57,288 nucleotides of DNA from Reclinomonas americana ATCC 50394. Its lineage: Eukaryota. The notes under the pieces were generated by a model. That model did no database searches, had not been told where the DNA came from, and was given only the letters and a program-made list of their open reading frames with translations. Both the position numbers and the translations under genes were made by a program. Shown here in pieces: positions 39,712 to 50,800 of the stretch (position 1 is its first letter; every line of letters starts with the position of its first letter). The stretch is from positions 1 through 57,288 of the forward strand of contig PS015014.1 of NCBI GenBank assembly GCA_048213135.1. Reading direction: 5' to 3'.

Positions 39712-39998
39712 ATGGCCGTGCAGTTTCTGCGCAGTGACACCGTGGAGGGCGAGGAACTGGTGCGCTCACACACACGCAAAGAGAACGACTGACTCTGTTG
39801 TTGTTGTTGTTGTTGTCACTCACTCTCTCTCTCGCTCTTTCGCGCGCGCTCTCTCGTGCTTGCATAGTTGTATTACCAGTACCCGCGTGCAGACACTGCC
39901 GAGTCGCGCATTCTGGAGAAGCTGAAGGGCGTGTTTCTGGCGGCGCGTAATGTGCACAAGGATTTCGCCAAAGATGAGGTGTGTGTGTGTGTGTGAGC

Positions 39999-40066
<68 letters not shown>

Positions 40067-41486
40067 TNNNNNNNNNNNNNNNNNNNNTACGCCTGCAAGA
40101 TGCTCTGGATCAAAACAAAAGAGAAGAGAAGAAAAGAATAAACAGGCGAGACACAGGCGTCTCACCAGCGAGCTTGTCTTGCAACGACAGCAACAGGTCG
40201 ATGGGAATGTATAGGTTGCGCGAGAGGGCATCCAACTGCACGTAGCCGTGTGCAAACGTCTCCGGCGAGAAATCCGTGCACGGCGTGCCACACACAAACG
40301 TGCGCGACGCCACCTCCACCGAGTCGCGCGCCTCGGAGAGCGACGGCAGCGATGCCATTGGCGCTCCCTTGCCACTCGATCCGCTACCACCGCTTCCACC
40401 TCCTCCTCCACCACCTCCCCCACCGCCACCGCTGCCACTGCCGCTGCCACCACCTCCACCAGCCGGCACAGAGACCTTCCACTTGCGCTCAAACAGAATA
40501 CCGTCACACATGTCAATGATCGACTGACCCGTGCTGGTGAACCACGACGATAACATGTCCTCGATCTCGGCCGTCCTGCGTCGCCCCACGGTGCTGGTGA
40601 GTGATCTCGATTTTCTGCAATCCGCGAACAAGAAACGCACGCAACTTGCGGACTTTGCCACGGAAACGCAGCATGATGAACGAGTTCTGCGAGCTGTCCG
40701 AGAAGCACACCAACCGTCTCCGATTGCGCCTTCTCTCCCACAGGTCGTAAAGGACGAAGGACAATGCGTCGAGGTGGGCCGACGGACCCTGGTAGATGGT
40801 GCACACGGTGGCCAACGTGTGCAAATCCTCACACCGGATGTCGGTGCGTGCCACCAGACAGTTGTGCACGAAAAACGCCGACCCACATACTTCCATGGTA
40901 NNNNNNNNNNNNNNNNNNNNTAAACGCAACAGTTCAGCCATCTCTCTAAGCGTGCGGCTCGACGAGAAGCAACCAAAGATCTCCGACTCGCCTCGTGTTT
41001 TCCTGCGACGCAAAACGAATACACAAAGTGAGGCGCTACTCTTCCCAGCTCGCGCCTCCCTCGGACCGCAACACACCTGGCCATCCACACCGGCACATCG
41101 ACCGTCCCTCTGCACAGCGACACGACGACGCGGGCACAGAAAAAGTTGGAGGTGTCCAGACGACTCGCAGCCCCGCGACCCTCCAGAGCGGCCGACGCCG
41201 AACCCGACGCCGACTCAATGACATTGGCAAACACACTCGCCTGTGCGAATTCCACATCGTCGTCGCTACTGGCCTCGTCATCGTCGTCCACCATGCTGCC
41301 CATGAGGTCGTCGAAGAAGAGGGGTGCGTGACTTGGCGTGGGGGCGGTCGACTGCAGCAAGTCCTCTTGCTGCATCTGGTCGAAACCGACTCGCTTGTAC
41401 ACGGTCTCCTTGACGCGGATGACAAAGCGCAAAAAGTGCTCAAACAAGTCGGTCATGACGGTGAGGCCGGGAGGCTCGTTGCTGGG
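39712..41486 (+). CDS. INTU: Inturned-like tri-longin protein (CPLANE); downstream exons on two inverted contigs
   Basis: + exons ELLYYQYP...LEKLKGVFLAA; reverse-strand pieces GSAFFVHNCLVARTD..EDLHTLATVC, PETFAHGYVQLD..NLYIP, LFEHFLRFVIRV, EIFGCFSSS follow recalled INTU longin 1-3 motifs. Confidence 0.65.
40002..40062. repeat. (GA)n microsatellite adjacent to an assembly gap
   Basis: About 30 GA units directly visible. Confidence 0.95.
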
Positions 41487-41879
41487 NNNNNNNNNNNNNN
41501 NNNNNNNNNNNNNNNNNNNNNNNNNNNNNNNNNNNNNNNNNNNNNNNNNNNNNNNNNNNNNNNNNNNNNNNNNNNNNNNNNNNNNNNNNNNNNNNNNNNN
41601 NNNNNNNNNNNNNNNNNNNNNNNNNNNNNNNNNNNNNNNNNNNNNNNNNNNNNNNNNNNNNNNNNNNNNNNNNNNNNNNNNTTTTTCTTCAAAAGTGGGG
41701 CTGCTCATTTTCGATCTCTCACTCTTTTATGTTGCGCTGCTGCAGAATGGACATGTTCCTCCTGTAAAAGAAGTAGTAAATCATCCAACTGGCATTTGTT
41801 TCGAAAAGAACGTCGCACTTCGTCCTGCATTGAGCATCAACGGGACATCGCCGACTCACGAGCCCCCATCGCTGCACCC

Positions 41880-44800
41880 ATGGACGATCTCCTGAAGCAG
41901 CGCCTGGAGGCAGTGCTCCACATTGCCCACCAGAAGAACTGCTCCATTGAACAGCTGTCAGCCGTACAGAAGGATTGGATCGAGGCCGGATGTGTGCAGG
42001 TGAGCTCCAGAGAGAGAAGAAGAGATACAGAGGGAGGGAGGAATGCACACCACCAGCGCACTCGGCAGAAGAACACGCAGTCGAAAAAGAGTGTGAAGCT
42101 GTCGCTCGTGCACATTCACATCAACGAGGCCATGTACGACACCACGCTCATCCCGACTTGCGCGCCAGGTGGCCTCTCTGGAGGACGAAGCACGTGCATT
42201 GGACGCTATGGCTGAACTGCTGCTGCAGCCGTCGCTCACGCGTGTCGTGTTGGGTCAGTGTGCGCGGCCGTGGTTGCCGCTGTTGTGCGTGCGTCTGTGC
42301 TCGCGCCACCGACTGCCCTCCACTGCCGTGCTGTTGGCACTGACGGCCATTATCCGCGATGCATCACCATCTCGCACAGTGGAACGGTTTGCCGTCTGTG
42401 TAGGGAGCTTGTGAGAGACAAGAAGAGGGAGTCCTGATCGAATGGTGATTATGATGCAGAGTTGTGTTGGACTTTTTCGAGAGCACTCCGCACGTGTCGG
42501 ATCTCGTGGCACAGGCGCTTGCCGTGAATGATGTTGCGTGTGTGTCTGTTCTCTCTCTCCCTCTCTCTTCTCTACCTTCCATCTTGCTCATCGCGACACG
42601 GGCAGGAGACAAGTCTGATGGATCTGGTGACGGTGGCGCATCGGTGTGTGCAGTGGCACGCTTCGCACTTTGCCAGGCGATGGAACTGCGGTGTGTTCGT
42701 GCGACTGCTGGACCACCCGAATCCGCGTCTGCGTGTGCCTGCAGCTCGGATATGCCGTGCATTGGGCTTTCTCAGTGCCGAGCAGCTGGTGGTCGCCACC
42801 AATCGCGACTCGGATCAGATGGACACCGCGTTTGTGGCGAGTGAGGTGGACGAAATGTTGAGTAGCTCGTATTGGCAGTTGGTGGCATGCCCTCAGGTTT
42901 CTCACGCGGTCGCCCGACAGAGTGGAGCTGTCGGAATCGGTCGACAAGCTGGCCGTGTCGGAGACGGGTGCTGACGATGCAGCCTCGTCGCAGTCGCTGC
43001 GCCAGCAGCTGGCGGTGCACATCGAGGGATCCTCGCAGCTGGTGTCTGTCGAAGGCGTTCCACTGTATCGCAAGAAGAGTGCTTCGTCGTCGGCTTCACA
43101 TGCCAACAGGTGAGGTGTTTGTTGCTCTTCATGATGGCGCACGGGAATACGGGATTGTGTGACACGATGCGTGTTTTTTTTTGCACAGTTCGTCGTTTGT
43201 GTCGACCGAGACGTCGGCGAGCAATCTGCGCATGCTGGCGCTGGCGGTGAATCGATCGAATGCAGTGTTGCTTCGCGGACCCGGTGGCTCCGGCAAGACG
43301 CTGCTGGTGGAGCACTTGGCTCATGTCACTGGCAATCATGGTGACTCACCTCCGTTTGTGTGTGCTCCCGCCAGAGTGTGTGCTAACATGCACTTCAATC
43401 TCTCCTTTTGTTGCGCTCAACAGACCTCATCCGCGTGAATCTTGACGACTCATTCGACGCAAAGGACCTGCTCGGCACGTACGTGTGCACGGAGACACCG
43501 GGTGAATTCAAATGGCAGCACGGTGCACTCACCAAGGTCGGTGCCTTGCACTCTTGCATTCCTTGTCATCATTCTCTGCTCACCCTCATCGACACTGACA
43601 GGCGGCAGTGGAGGGCCGGTGGATTCTGATCGAGGACATTAATCTCGCCTCCTTCGATGTGCTCTCCATGTTGGTTCCCATTCTAGAATCGGGCGTGATG
43701 CGCATTCCCGGCAGTGATGAGGTGCACTACGCAATGAGCACGTGAGTGCGTATCGTGTTGATACTCACCAGTGTGTGTGTTTCGTTTGTTATCACAGCCT
43801 GTTCCAGTTCATCAAGGCTTCACGATGTTGGCCACGGAGACGGCCGATGCGGGGCGCTTCAAGGGTCTGCTGTGGTGTTTTTTTTTTACGCAGCGCTTCT
43901 TTGTTTTGTGTGCACTCATTGCGTAAACTGTGTCGCGCAGAAATCCCCACGGACAAGTACTGGTGGCCGGTGTATGTGCAACAGATACCACCTGCTGAAC
44001 TGCCCGATCTTGTCGCGCACCGTTATCCAGAAGTGCAGCTTGTAATTCCTCGTATGATTGGTGAGTGCATGCTGAGTGGAGAGAGAGAGAGAGACGTGAT
44101 GTTGTTCACACAGAGTGTTTATTATGTCTGTCTGCAGCCACGTACGAGTTGATGTGCCGCATGTCGGACAGCCGAGCGTGGAGCGTCGGCGGTCCGACGC
44201 CAGGTGACGATGGCAGTGCTGCGGCCGCAATGTCGCCGCTGCAGGGCACCGTCGCTCGCAGCATCTCGCGCACTTTTTCTTTGCGGTGTGTTCCGTTCAT
44301 GCTCCGCGCGCTGGCGGTTGCGGCTGCTCAGCTTAACATGCCGTGCCGTGCTGCAGAGATCTGATGAAGTGGGCCAGTCGTGTGGCTCGCTTGCAAATGT
44401 CGCATGGCGATGTGTCGTACGTGACAGAGGCGATGAAACAGGTGCGTGCGAGTCTGCCTCCGCCCCTCGCGCACCACAGTGCCTCTCGCTCACCAGCCGT
44501 GCAGGGTGTTTTGCTCGAGGTCATTGACTGCTTTGCCGGCATGATCAATCGATCAGAAGTGCGACACCATCTGGCGCAGGCCGCGGGTCGCTTGTGGGAT
44601 CTTGGCTCCGATCAAATCAGCTACCTGTTGTCGCAGCGCAAGCCGACGCTCTCTGTGCGTTTTTCGACAGTCTTCTGCATTGATCGTTCATTGGTTTGTC
44701 GACCGACCGCGTCGTGCACAGGTCGACAAGGGTCACGTACAAGTGGGTCGAGTGTTTCTGCCATCGCGCCGACCGGATGGACAGCTGTTGCCACCCTTTG

Positions 44801-47800
44801 CGCAGACCAAGCAGGCGTTGTTGTTGCTCGAGCGGCTGGCTGCGTGCACCTTTCTGCGTGAGCCGGCGCGTCTTCTCATCGCACCACGCCCTCTCACTTC
44901 ATAAACATCACTCGCTCACTCCGACGTACTGCAGGTCCTGCTGACGGGCGAGACCGGCACCGGCAAAACTTCCATTGTACAGTACCTCGCGAGGCTCGTT
45001 GGAGCCAAGCTAATAGCACATAATCTTAATCAGGTAACACGTGACTCGTTGTTTCCTCGCCTTCCTCGTCGACGGTCTTGTCCTCTGAAATCATTGCCTC
45101 TCGTTTCATCGTGCAGCAAACCGACAGNNNNNNNNNNNNNNNNNNNNTCGGACTTTGTTGGCGGCTTCAAGCCCATGGACTCTAAATACGCGTGCACAGA
45201 GTTGGTCGCATCGTTTGACCGGCTCTTTGGCAAGACTTTCTCGCGGAAAGCCAATGCTCGCTTCCTCGATCAAGTTAAGGCGGCACTGGCCAACAAGCTA
45301 TACACGAAGGTTTTTTGCCAGCGGAGACGCGCGTGTGTGTGTTGTTCATAAACTCACCGCGATACGTCTCACTGTGCAGGCTGTGCAACTGATCCGCTCC
45401 TCCATTCGGAGTGCCTACTCCAAGTTGCACACTGGGACCGCCGACGGAGCGTCGTCGGAGGGTGTGGGCTCTGGCCCCAGTGAGGCAGCTGCCACGGCCT
45501 CGAGCGAGCGCACCAAGAAGCGGCAGAAAGGGGTGGTGGGTCAAATGTGCCTGGACGATGTGCTGTGCTCTTGCCTAAATCCACGCCGGTTTTGTGTCGC
45601 AGAATGGACACTCGGTGGAACCCAAGTCGGCCAAGTTGTGGTCCAAGTGGGAGGCACTGGAGCGCGAGTGCGACAAGTTTGACGTGCAAGCAGAGGGCTT
45701 GCGTACGTCGTTTGCCTTCCACTTTGTCGAAGGCTCTCTGATCAGTGCCGTCCGTGAGGGCCACTGGCTGCTGCTGGACGAGATCAACTTGGCCTCTATG
45801 GAGACGCTGGAGCGATTGAGTAGTCTCTTGGACGGTGAAGAGGTGTGTGCTATGGAGCGCTGGAGAGTGTGTTTTGTGGACGCGCCCAGGATTTTTTGCT
45901 TATGTGCACACAGGGTACCATCTGCATCACCGAGAAAGGCGAGACGGAGCCGGTGCGGAGGCATCCAAACTTTCGCATTTTTGCGTGCATGAACCCGTCG
46001 ACCGATGTGGGCAAGAAGGATTTGCCGCCGGCACTCAAGAATCGCTTCACCGAGTTTTTCGTCGAGGTGAAGTGGCACTTGGTTTTTTTTGTTGAGGGGC
46101 GTATGGACGACAGCAACTGAATGGATTGGACACACAGGAATTGCTGGATCGCGAGGATCTCGAGGTGGTTGTCGACTCGTACCTGCGAGACACGGGCATC
46201 CAGCGGTCGGCAACAGCCGTGGTCGACTTTTATCTGGACGCGAGACGCTTGGCCGAGGTGCGTCGCCCGTGCATTCTTCACTGTCTCCTGCACCCACCGC
46301 TAATGGCGCATTGCGTGTTGACAGACGAGTTTGGCCGACGGCGCCAATGCCAAGCCACACTACAGNNNNNNNNNNNNNNNNNNNNCTTGCGCACCCTCAC
46401 TCGCGCACTGCAGTATGCTGCTCTCTGCGTCAGCACATACGGTGTGGAGCGGGCGTTGTACGAGGGTATCTGCATGAGCTTCCTCACGCAGTTGGACGCG
46501 GCGAGCGCCACCATTCTGCTGGAGGTGATCCGACGACGCATCCTCTCTTCGTCTACGTCGGCGGCCCTGAGTCGACTGAGTCAGGCTCCGAGGTACGCGG
46601 CTTGGCATCCATCCATGTGCAGCTGATTCAGTTTTTCTGCGATACTCACTGTTGCTGTGCAGACCTCCGCAACCCGAAGGCTACGAGCTGTTCGAGTACT
46701 TTTGGTTGGAGCGCGGTCCGAGTGCAGTGGCCACCGAGGCCGATTTGGCGCGCTTCATCTTGACACCGTCGGTGCGCGACCGCTTGAAGAACATTGCGCG
46801 TGTCATCATGGCCAAGCGGTTCCCCATTTTGCTGCAAGTTTCGTTCTTGTCGTGGGGGGCGTTGTGTCGTACTTGTGCTGAAGTCTATGTTGCATTCGCC
46901 AACCAGGGCCCCACAAGCAGTGGCAAGACCAGCATGATCGAGTACCTGGCCCGACGAACGGGCCACCACTTTGTTCGCATCAACAATCACGAAAACACCG
47001 ACATTCAGGAGTACTTTGGCCAGTATGTGTCGGATCCGACCACTGGCCACCTCGTGTTCCAGGACGGTGTGCTCGTCGAGGCAGTCAAGAAAGGGTGAGG
47101 CCGCCGCCGTCATCTTTTCGTACTCGACGCTCGTGTATTGACGAGCGATGCAGACACTGGCTTGTTCTGGACGAGCTCAATCTGGCGCCATCGGAGATCC
47201 TCGAAGCGCTCAATCGGCTGCTGGATGACAATCGGGAACTGTTCATTCCCGACACGCAGGAGATTGTCCGTCCGCATCCCCAGTTCATGCTGTTTGCCAC
47301 CCAAAACCCACCAGGCTTGTACGGTGGTCGAAAGGTGTGTGGCCTGTAGAGCTCCGTTCGTTTGTGCATGTGTGGTGCTGATATTTTTGAGGCACGCACC
47401 ACAGACTCTGTCACGAGCCTTCCGCAATCGCTTCCTGGAGATCCACGTGGATGACATCCCAACAGATGAGCTGGAGACCATTTTGCATCAGCGCTGCCTC
47501 ATTCCCATGTCGTACGCCAAGAAGCTGGTGGAGGTGCGTCGTGACTCGAGTAGGAGGGAGATCAGGAGCACCGTGAGGTAACATGCGGTTGTAACGTGCG
47601 CAGGTGATGAAGGAGTTGCAGAAACGTCGCCAGGGCAGTCAGGTGTTTGCCGGACGGCATGGTTACATCACTCCGCGTGACCTGTTCCGCTGGGCCGAAC
47701 GTCGCTCTGCGTCCTACGATGCATTGGCACGCGAGGGCTACTGCATTCTGGCGGAACGGCTGCGTAAGGACGACGAGAAGGAGACTGTGAAAGTGTGTGA

Positions 47801-50800
47801 CTGATTGCGCTGTTTGTGTGTGTGTGACCGATGATGTAGTCTGAGCTCACCGACTCTTGTTGCCTCGTGCAGATGGTCATTGAGCAAGTGCTGCGCGTCA
47901 AGCTTGATGTCGACAAGATGTATTCGTGCGAAGACAACACCATGTTTGATGTGCTGGAGGAGAAGCTTCGATTGCATCCCAGTGGCGGTGCGTGCATCTG
48001 TCGCCAGCACACTTGTGCTTGGAGATCGGTGAGACTGAAGAAGACATGTGTGCACTGCAGGTCTTCGCGGAATCGTGTGGACCAAGTCGATGAAGCGTCT
48101 CTTTTCGCTGGTCGGCACTTGCTTGAAACACAAGGTGTGTTCTCCGTGGTCTCTGCTTGCTTCACGCTGCAGCCGTGTATTGACATGACCGCTGCAGGAA
48201 CCCGTACTGCTGGTTGGCGAAACCGGGTGCGGCAAGACCACTGTGTGCCAGCTGTACTCGATCCTGTTGGACCAGCCGCTGCACATTGTCAACTGTCACA
48301 TGCACACGGAGACTGCCGATTTCCTCGGCGGGCTACGACCGGTGCGGCGGAGGGCGGCGATTGGAGCGGAACTCACCAGTGCCATTCGCTACTGTGTCGA
48401 TCGGTGTGTTTTGTGTTTGCGAGTAACCACTGAGTTTCGCTCTTGCTTGCTTGCTCACGGTTACTGACTCCTCAGTAATGCCGCCGTATTTGCCGACTGC
48501 GGAGTGAACTTGCCTCTTATCCACGACTCGCCTTCTGTGGACGCCACGCTGGAGGAGTTTGAGCGTTGCATGGCCAGCATCACGGAGGACATGGTGAGTG
48601 GTGTGATGTGGTTGGACATGTTAGCACTCCTCACTGACGTACATGCAGCTGGTGTCGATTCCTGCATTGCGAACGCAGCTGGAGCACGTTCGGCGAGAGG
48701 CTGCACGCTACAAGGCTCTCTTCGCGTGGTACGATGGTCCCCTGGTGCAGGCCATGGTTCGCGGTGACATGTTGTTGGTCGACGAGATTTCCCTGGCCGA
48801 GGATGCTGTGCTGGAGCGCTTGAACAGTGTTCTCGATCCGAACCGCACGGTGCTCCTGTCGGAGAAGGGTGGCGCGGCGTTGTCAGAGGTACAGGCGCAC
48901 TCGGACTTCCGCATACTGGCCACCATGAACCCCGGCGGCGACTTTGGCAAGAAGGAGCTGTCGCCGGCGTTGCGCAGTCGCTTCACCGAAATCTACGTGC
49001 CGGCGTTTTCATTCCAGGAGGACTTTGCCGTCATCATTGCTGCTCGCCTATGCGACGCCGAGTTGGCACTCCTCGCACCGTGCATGGTGGCGTTTTTCGA
49101 GTGGTGCTGGAGTGACGCTGCGCGTAATCACATTGTGTTGAGCATGCGTGACGCGGCTTCGTGGGTGGACTTTGCCAATCATGCGTTTGTGCGACTCGGT
49201 GCGACAAGACGAGAGTGCTTCCTACACGGCGCATTCGTTACGGTCTTGGACGGCATTGGTACGAGCAGCACCATGTCACGAACAACGATTCTGGCCACCC
49301 GCCGGCGCGCAGTGGCGCACCTGCTCGCCGTCTCGCAGTCGATCCCGCTCGGTGAGTCATTGCTTCCACCACCACCACCTCCTCCTCTTCCTCCTAGAAG
49401 CAACATCTCATGCATCAGCATACCACAGACGCCGACGGACGTGATGCGTATTTGACGCAAGTCGACACGGAAGACGCCTTCTTGTCGCAGGTGTTGAGCA
49501 GCGACGGTACTCTGCGATCGGCTGTCACCGAGCGCACCACCTTTGGAGTGCAGCCATTCACACTGCCTCTCGGCCCGCACTCGGTGCCAGCTTCGTTGCA
49601 CTACACGTTGGCGGCACCCACCACCTCGGTGAATGTATTCCGCATTCTGCGCGCCCTGCAACTGCGCAAACCAGTGCTGCTGGAGGGAAGCCCAGGCGTG
49701 GGCAAGACAAGTCTTGTGCAAGCAATCGCCAATGCCTCCGGGCATCGCGTGGTTCGCATCAACTTGAGCGAGCAGACCGACGTGATGGATTTGCTGGGCT
49801 CTGATCTGCCAGCGGAGAGTTGAGTCCATTGCCGCAGTAGCAGCAGAGTCCGAATTCCTTGCCGACTGACATTGTTTGCCCAGGTGGACGTGGTGGCGAT
49901 TTTGCGTGGTGCGATGGTGTGTTCCTGCGAGCGCTGAAGAACGGCGACTGGATTCTGCTGGACGAATTGAACTTGGCGCCGCAGCCGGTGTTGGAAGGCC
50001 TCAATGCTGTGCTCGACCATCGTGGAGAGGTGTTCATTCCGGAACTCAACCAGCGCTTCACTTGCCCGCCGTCGCTGCGCATTTTTGCGTGTCAGAACCC
50101 ACTGCAGGTGCGCGTGTTTGCGTGTTGTGGATGGTAGTCATTCTCTGACTGATTTTCTGTCCATCGCAGGAGGGAGGCGGTCGCAAGGGCCTCCCCAAGT
50201 CATTCCTCAACCGTTTCACCACCATTGCTGTCGAGGGACTCGACGAGGGCGATTTGCAGTTCATTGCGACAGTCATGTTCCCAGCCATTCCGCGACCGGT
50301 CCTCGACTCGATGATTCGCTTCAACTGGCTCATGCATCAGGTGCGCACGCAAGTCTGGTGTCGTTCATTGTCGTTCCATGAGTCCAGTTGTTCACGCTGC
50401 TGGTCTNNNNNNNNNNNNNNNNNNNNTGACTGGGTCGTGTTGGAGAACGCCAACCTCTGCAATCCCACTGTGCTCGATCGCCTCAATTCGCTCTTTGAGC
50501 CGAATGGCGTGCTGGTGGTGAACGAGCGTGGAGGAGGCGGTGTGTCGGGCGACGAGAGGTCTGTTTTTTTGTTTCACCAATCGCTTGCGTTGATCGATGA
50601 CTTATTGGTTGTTGTTACCACGCAGTGTCTCCAACAATGTGCTCATCCGTCCACATCCCGATTTCCGCCTGTTCATGACCATTGAGCCGAGATACGGAGA
50701 GGTATCTCGTGCCATGCGCAACCGCGGTATTGAGATTGCACTGCTGGAGCCGAGCACCAACTCGGTGGACATGCTGGCGCTGCTGCAGCAGAATGGCGTC

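Noticed and set aside
40639-40645. Additional shifted donor AA|GTTGCGT (similarly at about 15504)
   Set aside because: Plausible, but an overlapping or nearby canonical GT could serve, so these were not counted as evidence.
40110-41708. Independent 532-aa minus-strand gene
   Set aside because: It crosses N gaps and frames; the pieces are better explained as inverted INTU exons.
45121-46390. Gaps coinciding with 4-bp palindromes (AGCT; also GTAC and TGCA at flipped junctions)
   Set aside because: Too few and inconsistent; at most a library or assembly effect, not evidence of programmed breakage.
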